Part shown: piece by piece, positions 13,554 to 26,845 of the stretch
Numbering within the stretch: position 1 is the first letter of the stretch
Layout: each line of letters begins with the position of its first letter
Assembly (NCBI GenBank): GCA_976226885.1
Contig: OZ320318.1
Coordinates: forward strand, 80,042,001-80,106,000
Length of the DNA stretch: 64,000 nucleotides
From: Iphione sp. A-MEVVRFRX5
Taxonomy: Eukaryota
Direction: 5' to 3'
Position numbers and translations under genes: made by a program
The notes under the pieces: model-generated
The model's input: the letters and a program-made list of their open reading frames with translations, nothing else
What the model was told of the DNA's origin: nothing
The model's database searches: none

Positions 13554-16519
13554 GTATGATTTTATTCATCCCAAATTTGTTACACAGAGATGTTAAATTG
13601 AGGATGTACATGGTATACTTTGTTACAAAAACAAGATCATGTATATGGTATTATACTGTGTTACAAAAATGAGATCATGAATGCTGCCTCATATAAAAAT
13701 CATAATATTTTTGTTGATTTACACTTCTAGCAGGATACAATACCAATTAGACCACTCAGTAGCTATTTAACAAATCTTGAAAGTACTCTAAATTGTTCAA
13801 TAGTCTTAATCACCCTTAAAAAAGGGCCGAGTGAATTTCATTCCTTGATTCCTTGGTAGTGTACAGATTTTTGGACAAGCTCTGTCTTGGGTTTTGGCAG
13901 ATATAGCATAGTAGCATCATGTTGCCTAGTGCTTTTTGGCTCCTGTTTGGGTAATAACCCAAGTAGCTATATATTATGGATAATGTTAACAAACAACATT
14001 TACAGCCACTGTACAATTGTGAGAATATTCAGAAAGACTCAAGTGTGTTATTCTTGACTCTTAATGTAGATCACTGCTAGAGTTTATTCTTGACTCATAA
14101 TGTAGATCACTGCTAGAGCTCTGTTTTGTAGCCTCTGAAGTCTGTTTAGTTCAAACTTGCGACAACAGTTGAGCAGAGCCATTGAATAATCATCATGTGG
14201 CTGAATGAATCCTTTATACAGTCTTATCATGTCAGTCATATTCAGATAGGGCCTAAGCTTGTATAATATACCTATTTTTGTGATAGTTTTTTGATAATTT
14301 TCTCAATTTCATTCTTGTATTTCATGTTTTCTTGAACAATACCAAGATATACATACTTGTCAACATAGTCTATCAGCTCTTGCCCTATGATGACATTGAC
14401 TGGGGACCTGATGTATGTCCAAATAGTTCTTTACATTTAGCTCAACCTTTAACTTTTTGTTACTTTACTCTCAAACACCCATGAAACTCTGTTCCTACAC
14501 AAAGAGGCGAGCAAAACAAAAAAAATCATTAAACCTTATATACATTATGATCTTATCACCTCATAACTTCACTAATATGGAGCATTGACAAGTTATATGT
14601 GTATTGATATACATGTAAATCAAAGTGGTGCGACTACATTCTACTTGTTTGATGAATATAATTCTGTTTTAAGATCATGTCCCTATAAATAAAGAAAGCA
14701 AATTGTTCTTTTTTATCTGATCTACACCCTCCGAAAATCTACTAACCTGCTTCTATAGATCAGATCTAGTTATATTCTCTTATTTGTTCTGTAGGTTTAT
14801 ATATTCTGGTAAGGGTCCTCTAGGTCCTGCCGTTTCTGTGTTGTAGATAAATATGTAGAGACCTGGCCTACTCCAGTTTCCCTTAGATGGTATTATTGCT
14901 GGTCTGATTGTTGCTTCACCTAGTTTCCCCACGCTTCATAATGGAATACGTGTTTAGTTCTCTACAATTAATAAAATTGGTGAATATTTAGCTGTGTCTC
15001 CTTGGAGGTTGTGTACTCTTCCTTTAGTTGGAATCAGACTAATTAACTTTTGTGCGTATATATTATGCATTGTGTGATTGTGATGTGAATCATAACAGCT
15101 GGAGCAGAGTTGTTATTTTTTGCCGGTAAATAGAGCATCATTCAGTGAACTATTCGTGATATGAATATTATTTTGATCTTTCAGAAAGAGAATCAGTAAA
15201 GTAATATCACGCCTGACAGAACAAAGAGGTAAAAAGAATTGAATTTTCAGTTTAGCAACGCAGTGGATTCACTGTCTCCTGACTACATAAGTCACTCACA
15301 GCTGACTTCCTATTAAATTTTTCACGATGTGGCCATTATTCCTATTTTTTTCAAATTCTTCTCCTTATATCCTATAATAGCAATAAAAAGAAGAAGAGGG
15401 ATTTCTTTAATCCAGGCCTTCTGGTGTGAAATAAACGTGGAGGAAACCTGTGTTGAAAAACGGCCAGGTCTTTATTCTATGGCTTGCCTTTTTTTTCTGT
15501 AAAGTCAAAAGCCAAACGTCTTGATCTGTTTTAGTTCACTCCTCGACTTTTGGCAGATGATAGCTGCAAGCCCCCTTCATCCGTCGCGTCTATCCCTAAC
15601 AGCCAATGTCCTTCACTATATCATTTATTCCCCGATCGAAATGCTATGAAATGTTGCTGTCCAATTTACAAGTATTTTGTCCGTCCAAACACCCAAGACC
15701 AAGGACTCTACAATTCACAGGCAATATTTTTAAAAATGTCCAATGTTTGATGCATTTCAAATTCAGAAAATAGTCGTGAATGAACTGGACAGAACTCCAC
15801 ATTCGGCAAACGTTGATTTCTACAGAATGACGAACGACGACTAAACTACAGACGCGCGCCAAGTTGTAATATTATTGCATGATGCTGAGACACCCAGTTG
15901 GCAGCTGTATAGAAAGGGTTGTATTCCCTTCCTGAACAGAAAAAAGCTTTCTTGCTTTTAGGAATGTCCACACTATAACCTGTTCGAAAGGAACGAACAG
16001 ATGATCTCGGCAGCAGAGCATAAAATCTGAGAGGTTGTACATTCCTGCCTATTACTGATCAGAACGTTTTAGAAACCCGCCCTAGCTGTTCGACAGGCCA
16101 TAGCATTAATGTGCTGCAATCAAAACTCACATAGGAGGCCAACTATGGAACTGAAACATTTTGGTCTTCTCACCCCCCATCGATTGGTTGATTACTGATG
16201 TGAACACACAGTTTCGAACTGGAGGATGTTGGCCTCTCCCCTAGGTTAGTCTCCTCTGAATGTTGGTCCTTAAGAGGGTGTTGACTGTATCGACATGTGG
16301 ACCGGCAGGATCTATTTGGGTTGGCAATCTTTCTACCTCTCCTCTCTGACTGGGCCTTTGTAGCTCCCCGTCATATCTGGCAGTGGAAAGCTTGATGTCA
16401 GCGAGTCGGACTAGAGTGTACTGATCCATCTACGCCAGCTCTTGTGACAGAGATACCTTTTCTCCGCCAAACAGTATGTCCAGCTTCATCCCTGGATATC
16501 TGCTACTGCTCACCGCACT

Positions 16520-16526
<7 letters not shown>

Positions 16527-16566
<40 letters not shown>
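16527..16566. repeat. (CT)n microsatellite
   Basis: Direct inspection. Confidence 0.97.
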
Positions 16567-16570
<4 letters not shown>

Positions 16571-18203
16571 CATTATACGAAAATCCTCTATGAGAGCATG
16601 CGTATGCAACCTGAGTCAATTAACATTGCTTTTCCCAACCTAGGGCGCTGCCTGGGCTGCTCGCAGTGCAAAGAATACTTCCTCACTGCCCTCGGTGTGG
16701 TCGAGTCCGGTCTGTAAAGTACCCCTGTCACTCCGCCTCTCCCAGCTACGAGTGAGACGATTTTGTTCTGCATTGCTACTTACTATCTTGAGTGTAGACC
16801 AGGTCTGCAAACTGGTAGATTCACTCCACAGGGTGGGCTCTTTCCGATGGCCCTATTTAAGTCTCAAATGCCTTGCAGTGCAGGATTCGTCCCTACCCAT
16901 TGTCGGATCTGACTCCCAGATTGTGCCTAGCTCTAAGCCCACTGCCAAAAAATCTCCCTCGGAACATAGTCACAGCATGTTACCCTCAGTTTCCGACCAT
17001 TACTCTGTGTACTTCAAAAACCATGATTAATTCCTCGGGTACCAGCCGGCTATTAGAAATCGGTCCCTTGAGACCGGTCAATGATGGCCTCCAACCTGCT
17101 ATCTAGATTGGTGGGAAGGGTTGATTCACCACTACTACCTGCATAGGTAGCCCACATTGCGCTGCTTCCTGTTTTGAGACAGATCACCTCATATACCACC
17201 ATTCTCAATCCACTCCCCGCATTCAGGCACAGTGGTGACTCGTTGAACTCTCTTTAGGCAGCAAGTCTTCCACCTCCCCAACAGACATGAAGAAAAAGCA
17301 GCATATTTTTTTAACAGCTAACGCTTAACTTATAACTTTCTTCTAGAGGATGAGACACACCATTTGCCACAATGGTATTCGATAACAGGGACTGTAAAGG
17401 TATACATACAGACGATTGGCACTATGGCGGTACCATTTATGCAGGTATGTTATACCTTCACCCCGCATAAAATCGTTTGATTAAGAGAAAAATATCACAT
17501 AGAGGCCACTTTTGGTATGAAATTTGTTTGGAGACAAGAATCAACAAGCAAATGCTCAAAACTATGCGGTATTTCAATAAAGTTGTCCACAACTGACGTG
17601 CTTCCCATGGAAATGTGACTTTATAGAAGGAACAATGTTATCCAACTGAGTCCTGTGAAAGTAGGACGTTTGGGGCTATGTGTCTTAAATGCATAATATA
17701 CATTACATCATACAAGCAACTGGTACACTCACGGACACACGTGGGTCGTAGTGTGTGTTAGTGAGCTGGTGCACGCCGTGGTCTGCTGAATATTAAAGAC
17801 AAAAAAGAGCAAATCAGATAAGGACGTATCAGAGATACAAAAGGCGGATCGAGTGGCCTCGATACAGGTACAAACATATCAATGTTACAAAGCAAAACTC
17901 TCACAGGTTAAAGGATTGAGGTTGAACAGGGACAGGAATACAAATAAGACACCAGACCAGCTGTTACATTCAGGCGTACCATGCACCGTTTATCGTAGGG
18001 TCCAGGTCGCACGCATCTCACTTGCTCACTGAGTTCAATCAGTGCACTGTCACATATCTTGTGTTATTCCATGAAATACGTGTTTCGTTTACATAATGGT
18101 TTGTCCAGGAGTCAGTCTGGATAACCTTGAAACGGCCTTTGATTTGTTTCATTCGGTACATTTCCGCTTGACTGGAATTTTCTTTTCAATTTACAATATC
18201 AAG

Positions 18204-18279
18204 TAAGTCCTTTTAAATCACCAATGACGAGCGTAAGTGAATAAGTCCTTTTAAATCACCAATGACGAGCGTAAGTGAA
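18204..18279. repeat. Perfect 38-bp tandem duplication
   Basis: taagtccttttaaatcaccaatgacgagcgtaagtgaa twice. Confidence 0.95.
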
Positions 18280-20931
18280 TGTTTACAATTGTAGGTACTG
18301 GGTAAAGTAGGGAAAGGTCAAAGTTTTATTACTACAATTTTTTATGCCAAAATGTTTTTGAGATACAAAAGAAATTAAGACTCGGCTGTCAACAGCTTTG
18401 TGATAACATAATCATGAGTGACAATTCGATGGTCAGTGGCCTTGTGATAGTTACTTAAGTGATGGTCTTACAGCCAGTTGCTTTGTAATGGCACATCAGT
18501 ATTAGTACGGACGATCAGTAATCTCGCCGATAGTTACCGGAATTGTGGACTCTGCAGTCACCAGTTTTGTGACATCTGAGTGACAGTTTGAACAGTACAT
18601 GAACAGTCTAGTTGATCAATAATAATCACATGATTGATGCTTGAGTGATAGGCCCCGCATTTAATGGCACAAGTAAAGGCTTGAATATTCAGTGACCTTG
18701 TGAAACTTACTTGAGTGATGGTCTTTACAATAAACTAATTTGAGAATGTACATGAATGGTCAGGATGGTCATTTACCTTACAGGTGGATTCTCCGTAGTC
18801 AGTAACCTCATTATAAGCGTATATCTGATGACATACATGTCCAATGGTCCGAATGGTCTTAGTCATAGTTTGACGAGTCCATTTGCATTAATAATTTACG
18901 TATAAGTACTCTCCTGGGAAAATAATATTTATATACAACACTGATTTCATATTACCCTCAATTCATACAACTAGTGCACCAATAGAAAGTCTTGCAGGTT
19001 TTTACGGACGTTTCTTTAATTTCAATATATCTTTATATTCAAAAGCATAATAATCACATAACAATACTGAATCGTCCATTACTAAAACGATTTCTGTATA
19101 AAGAATTTTCAAGTATAGAGTTCAAGTATAGTAATTGTGCCATAGTAACTATTCGGTTCATTCTGAAAAAATACATAATTATTTCCATCACTATAAGAAA
19201 TAACAACACGAACCAGTATTACATAAAGAATACCTCAATTTATCATAAAATTCTGATGTGATTTTCGACATGACCCAGCCCGTACCTATCGCAAGAAACG
19301 ATATATATAGGAATGTAGCTAAGGCTTAAAAAGTGTCCTGTAAAAATAACCATGTTATTTTGACACTTCATGAGAAAAGCAACAAGAATAGGAAGCAGTC
19401 CTATTCCACTCCTTTTCGAAGTAATAAAACGTTTATGAATCAATAGAATCACTACACCGTACAGACCACTCAGGCCTCTGGTAAACAATAGAATCGTATG
19501 TAAATCCCATTGTACGGTGACCTTCACTTCTGCCGGAGAGATAAAAGTCCACAGGCGAGAGGAATAATGCATTCCATTCAGGAATCCGTACTTACACAGA
19601 TGTACCTATTTATGTAAATATAGATGCATGTTTATATCCAATCTGTTTATTTAATCTACGACAAGAACTCGAATATCTGGCGTGTTTTCACGTAGGAATC
19701 CAAGCATTTCGAATTTTCCATCAAAGTTCAACTGAGAAATCTATTCGTATCACAGAAATATCTTCAGAAACTTTCTTTTATGTTGATCACGTAGATACCG
19801 GCTCGAGATGCATTAATACATGCGTGTTTCCCTCGATCAAAATCTCATGAATTCGAAAAAAATATCATACAGGAAGAGTACTTTTAATCAAATAAAGTCA
19901 TTCTTTACCATATAAGATGAACTACTGAAATATTGGTGTCTTTTAATATTCGTCAACTTACAAGAGTAGCAATAGCATCAAAGAGAAAGCCACCTCCTTC
20001 CGAGTCTCAAACGTGTAGTGGAATAAATTAAACCTTTGCCTCCATTTCCCCATCTCATTTAGTACCAGCAAATGATCATTCTCTCCTACTTGTAAATTGA
20101 CTCATTGTGGACTGCCACAGTGGTCACTGCCTACGGATGTAATTAAGGCAGAAGTGGGTCGAATAGAAACCTTCAAATAAATAAACAAGCTTGGAACTGA
20201 ATGCTTATAACAATTCCGTTTGTAAATACAAACTATAAATATATATCGCTAATTACATTGACATCTAAGCCATGGGGGTAGTCTGTGGTTCTGGGGACTC
20301 CATTGTAAGAATATTTTAATGGTATAATGACATATACCCTAAACGAAGTCGTACATTCATAAATGTATATATACACCTACCTAGGTATAAGGAGAGGGTT
20401 GCATAATTGCAGTGATAAATGCAGTTCATACAAAGTAAAACGTTTTGGAGGGAACCGGACAGTTCCTTTCTACCCCTTGCCAGCTCTGTTTCTCTTTCAT
20501 TTGTCTATATTGTCAGGGAACAAACTGGTGAGACTACCTATCGGCAAGGTCAGTGGAAATATATGATAACTATGAGTTACATGTCTTAAATTCTGGTATG
20601 ATAACAACATATTTCTACATTTACAGCAATAGTTGGTACTATTTTAGAGAATTCTACGCTAATGATGTTTCTCTGTACATTTTTTACTAGAATTTTCGTA
20701 TAAAGGACCAACATTATATACCATCGTCACAGATATTGTTCGAACGGAGGAACAGATAGAACTTTATAATATTATAATGATAATTACGAATTGAGCAGCG
20801 GCATATAACTGAACAAGATATAATCCGAAAGCTTGAATATGTTCGATCTAACCATCGTTCCTTCCGATACCACATGTATTATCAAGCGCTGTTTCTTATA
20901 CATACAGCACCCGTCTCAAATGCCCCTTTAT

Positions 20932-21122
20932 CCCCCGCATGAATCACATGCCTCGCATGAATCACATGCCCCGCATGTATCACATGCCCCGCATGTACCA
21001 CATGCCCCGCATGTACCACATGCCTCGCATGTATCACATGCCCCGCATGTACCACATGCCCTGCATGTACCACATGCCTGGCATGTACCACATGCCTCGC
21101 ATGTCTCACATGCCTCACATGC
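20932..21122. repeat. 9/18-bp CATG-cored minisatellite starting at the Ctr stop codon
   Basis: CATG recurs every 9 bp (cccgcatgtaccacatgc-type units) about 21 times. Confidence 0.95.
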
Positions 21123-21310
21123 AGTGGTCTCCGTTCATAATGTGTCTTCTCCATGCAAACAAGAAGTAGCCGACCACAGAGCCAACCGCAATAGCTCCAC
21201 ACAACCAGAGGTTAAAGGTCATAAAGACTAACATGAGCAGGTAGGCATAGATCAGCTGGATTCCATTCAACAGAGACTGAACCACGTGCATCCATGAGAA
21301 CATCTGATTC
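21115..21310 (-). CDS. SLC31A1: Ctr copper transporter, last exon (TM2, TM3, C-terminus)
   Basis: ttccag acceptor in phase 2. NQMFSWMHVVQSLLNGIQLIYAYLLMLVFMTFNLWLCGAIAVGSVVGYFLFAWRR...DHCM* carries the Ctr MxxxM (MLVFM) and GxxxG (GSVVG) motifs. Symbol is family-level; orthology not established. Confidence 0.95.
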
Positions 21311-22506
21311 CTGGAAGTACAAGACAGATTGACGGGATATTTTTCAAATTTTACAAGAAGACTAAAAGGTTATACAAAAAATTCCTTACAATATGAGACC
21401 CAGTTTGAGACTGGAATTTTTCTTCCCCGAGTACTACTTATTAGATTTGGTGTTACAGTAGCTACCTGGAATTAGAGTCATCAATGAAACTGGAAAGTTT
21501 TGGATTGAACTAACCACACTTGTCCTTAATGTTGAGATATATAGACCAGAGTCTGGCATCTCTGGTAACATATGGCACAGGAGGGCATTATTGTCAAATT
21601 CATAGATAATTACGTCACAGCTGGAGTGCTCCCAATTATCATAACAGGTTACGAACAACGTTTTTTTTTTGCTTTTACTCGGCTGGAAATAGTATAATTC
21701 ATGTAATGTATTAATCCTCCCATGGCGCTTGGGGCCCGATAATCGATTATCATTGTATTGACGCACTTTTATACCTGTTATACTTCACTTATGTTTATTT
21801 TTTTATGATGGAAAACACTGTAACACAACGGAGATCATGAATAAACATTAGAAATTTGAAAATTTATAATACAGCCGACCCTCCTTATCTTACGATTCAA
21901 TGACCAACACAATGTGTTTAAGATAACGTTGGTAGTGAACCATTTGTCTAAATTTATTTTATATATCCTAGCAATATGTCTGCAACCAGTCACTGTGAGT
22001 GTCAACCGTAGTCTCAAAGTACTGGTCCTTCATGCTCTGGATTTATTTCTATTTGGCTTTCGTTTGGCTTTTGTTTCTAGGTCAGCAATTTCCGCCTTGA
22101 TTCTTATGAAAAAAAACTTGATCAAATGACCATTTTGTTTGAATCTTAAACTGAGCAATAGTTTGGAAAGTTGGAATTGTCCTTTGTTTATTTATCTTTT
22201 CATTGCTGGCACGATGAAAATATTTGTATATTTCTTAGTCTGAACTTTCCGCTTTTGTCAGCAAGGATCTGCAGCTAGGAAAATCTCGGTGGCCTCTACA
22301 GTTAAAGACAAGTGAATTCAGACAATGTGCAAGCTTTCCAGCGATTGGCACGTTACATATACATGTACATGCGTAGTCTTTTACTCATGGGGGAATTGAC
22401 TAATATGTATTATTTTCAATACAACATGGTATTAGTATGCATTCTCAATACCGCTAACAAAATAATGTCAAGCGAGGTTAATTTTAGACTGAAGTAAGAT
22501 TCTTAC

Positions 22507-22633
22507 CTATAAGAGCTTTTCTCTGTGTATTTTCCTGCTCTTACATGTCTCCTCAAAATTTCCTGCCGCATCACTTTGAATCCCTCATACAAAACCGAGG
22601 CGGCACCAACGCCAAAGGCTGAGGCCAGTAAAC
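22507..22633 (-). CDS. SLC31A1: Ctr copper transporter, TM1 exon
   Basis: ttag acceptor, AG|GTAAG donor, phase 1 to 2. GLLASAFGVGAASVLYEGFKVMRQEILRR matches the Ctr 'LYEGLK.R' motif. Confidence 0.93.
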
Positions 22634-22862
22634 CTAACCATGGAAACCAAAAGGTTAGTCAATATTCATTCAAAACAATGACTTCCAATTGCTGTCTTCA
22701 ATAGAAGTACACCGATAAACATGTACATGTGGAGTGAAAAAATTAACCTCATACTTCGCGCTACGGATCTCAGTAAAACTACGGTCCACAGCATTTTAAT
22801 TGAATCTACTTTTCAAGATAGCGGAACGAGAAGAAAAGCCGCAAATGGCACTCGTTACCAAC

Positions 22863-22929
22863 CTAGCCAGGTGCTGGTAGCCCACTCCTCAAAGAGGATC
22901 ACCGTGTGATAGGACACATGGAAGTAGCC
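22863..22929 (-). CDS. SLC31A1: Ctr copper transporter, 67-nt exon before TM1
   Basis: cacag acceptor, G|GTTGGT donor, phase 0 to 1. GYFHVSYHTVILFEEWATSTWL matches Ctr 'xF....ILF..W'. Confidence 0.9.
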
Positions 22930-23580
22930 CTGTGTGTTGTAAAAAATATTCTTGTCAACGACAGAAGTAATTTCATAAAGCTTTAATCACATAATATACT
23001 TTATGTCAGACGATTTTTGATAGCAGTAACAGTAGTCCCAGTCTACTCTGAGCTAACACGAACCTTAAGCAATGTACTTGGTCTGTTCAGGTTTTCTAAA
23101 ACTAGGTCCATTAATTGGCAATCCATATCATAATGGCTATACTATCTCTGTAATTATTGCTCTTTTCTCATCACATTAACTCCCTACCATAATTTTTCAA
23201 AATACCGTAAATATTAGAAGTAAAAGAATCCATCATTGTATGTGTTTGGTTTCCCCATGTTAGACCCCGCCAATCCTTGCCTTATTTGGACAAAGCCAAA
23301 TTGGCTCCTGCGTATGAAGCCAAACTGGTTATCAGCTATTCCATACTGGTGCGTTACAGATGCTCTTCATGGTAGTTTATGCTATTCATACACAATCATT
23401 GTACTCTCACGAGGTAATCTTGTTAGTCTGAGATGGAAACCGAACCTCAATTTCAAAGGAAATCTCTACCATGATGGATAGATAAAATGTAACCTGAGTT
23501 CCTCACTTCTTGATTGGAAGGAACTTTGACCTGAACATGTTCCTACATTATGTGGTAATACGTTGTTTCATATTGCTTAC

Positions 23581-24042
23581 ATAATGCCCCGCTACGTCGT
23601 GTACAGCACCATGTCCACCGTTTTCAGCAGTCCTAGTTCCATGCCCATAACCATGCTGTGTAGTGTCTCCATGATCGCTACCTTCACCGTGAGTGTGGTC
23701 ATGCACCTTGTGACCATTGTGACCCCATGTTCCATCTCCTCCGTGTTTTCCGTGATCCAATGGACCATGCATAGAGTTATTTGCCATTCCGTGATCCATC
23801 GGCGCATGCATGGTGTGATTCACCGATCGTGACGACGTGTCATTTGTCATTCCATGATCAACCGAACCATGTATCATGTTATTTTTTATTCCGTCGTTCA
23901 TCAACCCTTGCATGGTGTGATTCACTGATCTTTCACTCGTGTCATTTGTCATTCCCTGGTCCATCGCATCATGCACCATGTTGTTTCCAAAATGCATTAC
24001 TGCTGGCATAGAGGAATTCTCAGCTGTATGATCGCCGTGGCT
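23581..24042 (-). CDS. SLC31A1: Ctr copper transporter, His/Met-rich extracellular N-terminal exon
   Basis: cttttgcag acceptor, TAT|GTAAGC donor, phase 0 to 0. 154 codons with about 24 His, 13 Met and 6 N-x-S/T sequons by hand count. First in-frame ATG at 24009. Confidence 0.88.
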
Positions 24043-24306
24043 CTGCAAAAGAGATTATATATAGTATAAAGAATGTTTGTAAATAAATGAACTGGCTCCT
24101 AAAAGAGCTGGAGGCAAGCAAAGTGGCTTCTTTGGTTGTTTCATTTGATGGAGATGAATACCATTAATGTGACTTCAACAAATTAGTTTTGCAATTATGT
24201 ACATACAATAAAACGTGCTATCTTCTGCCAAACATGAAAAACTACCCCTCTGAAACGTGTTCTGTTCATTTTGTGATTACCATCTTGTACCAGCAGGGTT
24301 ATGAAT

Positions 24307-24550
24307 GGAGAGTTAGCTCAGTTGGTAAGAGTACTGACTAGCCCTGGTCAACTGATTGAGAGGTTGTAAGTTCGATCCTGGGTCTGGAACTCTTGATCAT
24401 GACCAGACAGATTTACTCTAGCCCCAACCCAGAGTGGTCCACAACTTATACCAAAGGTTATGGGTACATGGGATTCTTTGCCCTGTGCACAGGGCGACCC
24501 CAGAAACCTGACTGAAATAAGAGTAGGGGGCAACTCCAAGTATTCTAGTC
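24307..24550 (+). mobile_element. tRNA-derived SINE
   Basis: Pol III A box TAGCTCAGTTGG and B box GTTCGATCC, followed by a non-tRNA body. Homologous to 38488-38720. Confidence 0.85.
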
Positions 24551-26800
24551 TCTCATTTCTCATTAATAAATGGTAGTACTTATGCTACCCCAGGAGGATA
24601 TGGAAGAAGAGCTGAAAAACCTGAATATCAAGTTTCTGGTTAAATATATGAGAAAGCAAATCTATATATATATATATATGCATCTGCTCTTGATACAGTT
24701 CCCAAAAAGTTCAGCTATGAATCTTCCCAGGAGAAGTAGGCCTATATGCAATTCATGAGCGGATATTAGGCAAACTACTCTAACAGAGAACGAAGAACAA
24801 AGGACTTTACCTAAAAACGTTAAGTTACTACCGTGCGCATGATCAATCAGGAGCGTACTATAACGTTTGAATATCTTTTGCCCACTGCTGTAAATTTAAA
24901 ATATTATCTTTCTACTATATTTACACCAGTTCTGACATTAAATTTTGTAAACCATGAGTGAGCACAGGTGTGAACCAAACAAACCACATTTTGAACGAAA
25001 TCCTTCTAATTTTGTGAGGTTGTCGCCCCGTCTTGACTATCTTTTTAAAGAAATCCTGGTCAAATTCTTAACAACTGGAGCACTCCAAAAAGGATACTAG
25101 TAAAACGTTGGTATGCACAGAATAGATTTAGTAGATAACCAACACAGAAAACCCTCTGAATATAGCATTTTGTCTTATTCTTGCTGACACTTTCCTTCAC
25201 TTCTCAATTCTAGAAATGCCTGGGATCCTTGCTGGTTTGCTTATGCATGTACATAACTGTGGTTTTCCTAATAAAATAAATATTCAGGATTATATGAGAT
25301 GAAGTTTTTTCCCTGGGAAATTCATACTTGGGAGGTCTAGTATCACTGTACAATGGCCTGAGAGCCTGGCTTGAATGTGCAACTTATCCAATGTTATATC
25401 ACTGAATAATGGACTGTGGCACTGCCCTGAATCTAAAACTCATAATATTCTGTATCACGGCAGCGTCCTGGCGGACGCTGTTCAAAGGTACAACTTCTTA
25501 GAATTCGTATCACTGCACCATTAGACTGAGACGCGGATGCTTTGTCAGCGTGCTACATTCTGAACTAGAGCATCCGGACTGACTTTACAGTATTTTCATA
25601 CGACTGAGTGTAATTAAAACATATATTTAAAAAATATATGTAATTTTCAATAAAAACGCTTCTTAATATGTTAAACATTTTGTGTTGGTCGCCAATATTG
25701 GTCTGGTCGTTCTTGAAGGTGCAGACATCGGAGTGATCACAGCAACAAACAATGAACCAAGCAAGGTTTTCTTACTGGGATTTCTGTGCCTTTCGTCACC
25801 CCTTTGTATAATCCGGTAGGTAAAGCATGAGAGAGGCAAGTGATCTTTTCAGTAAACGAGGTCACTGCAGGCAGCAAGAAGTGCTTAATGTTGAGGATCC
25901 GATGAAACTGCTATGAATGGTATGTGGAGAGGTATTGTGTCAGGAGCGGTGTGGTTTATTTGTCCCCAATTACAATGTATACGCGATTATACTAAGAGGT
26001 GCAACAGTCCTTCACGGCAAAATTTACGTTTTAAGTTCTTCACTGAAAAAAAAATAATGTTCGGAGATAATCGACAGAAGTCCATGAGGGAAATAAGCGT
26101 CGATTTAGTGCTGTCAACTCGAAGTAACATCAGAAAAGGAGGAATTCGGGAAAAAGGGGAAAGTGAGAGCTTTACTGTTTTAAGCTACAGATGTATATCT
26201 AAAGTATTTATCTTATATTTTTGTTAGTTCTAAAGGTGAGTAAAAAGATACAACAATGACAAATACTCAAGACAAAGATCGGTATTCAGAAACCAAACGC
26301 CTGGCATTCTGAGCTCTAAGAATTCCTGACGGAATATTTTTTTTAATTAGCGTGAATCACTCCGTTAAAAATAAGCTTCGTTTCCAGGAGGTTCTCTAAT
26401 AGCGGTGTAACTGTATGGAAAATATATTACGCGACAACATTGTGTGCATGTAGATATTACACAATATGGAACAATTACACAAACATGTATAATTATATGG
26501 GTAGTTTACCTCAAATATAGATACAAAATCAGACAACTTAGATTGGATGAGCAGTTCTTTTTTTTTTAAGACATCACATTCTGCTGCTAGCAACTAATCA
26601 AATATACCTTAAAGCATATCACATGACGACCGTTTATGATGACATCACAGATGGAGAATTTGACATGAGACTATTCAGCGTGACGGTTTTAATTACAGTA
26701 GTACTTTTGGCACTTGCACTGGGTGTTTAGAGTGTGTGTGGGAGTACCGGTTAAGCCGTATGACTGCAACCACCTGAAGAAACATTGAAGGACATATCAG

Positions 26801-26804
<4 letters not shown>

Positions 26805-26842
<38 letters not shown>
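26805..26842. repeat. (CT)n microsatellite
   Basis: Direct inspection. Confidence 0.97.

Positions 26843-26845
<3 letters not shown>

Noticed and set aside
16200-17300. GC-richer, coding-looking stretch
   Set aside because: All frames are interrupted and I recognised no motif; it may be a decayed TE but cannot be supported.
18410-18860. Possible decayed LRR coding sequence
   Set aside because: Only loose ~250-bp periodic similarity and multiple stops in every frame.
20932-21122. p53 response-element array, or a standalone (MYHMPR)n/(HVPHAP)n protein
   Set aside because: CATG spacing is 9 bp rather than 10 and the flanks break RRRCWWGYYY. The ORFs are a by-product of the repeat and lack splice or start context.
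23530-23545. 12-nt micro-exon (GAACATGTTCAG) in Ctr
   Set aside because: It would leave a ~38-nt upstream intron, has a weak donor and supplies no in-frame Met.
24307-24385. tRNA gene (also 38650-38720)
   Set aside because: A and B boxes are present, but there is no complete cloverleaf and both copies continue into a shared non-tRNA body, so these are SINE heads.
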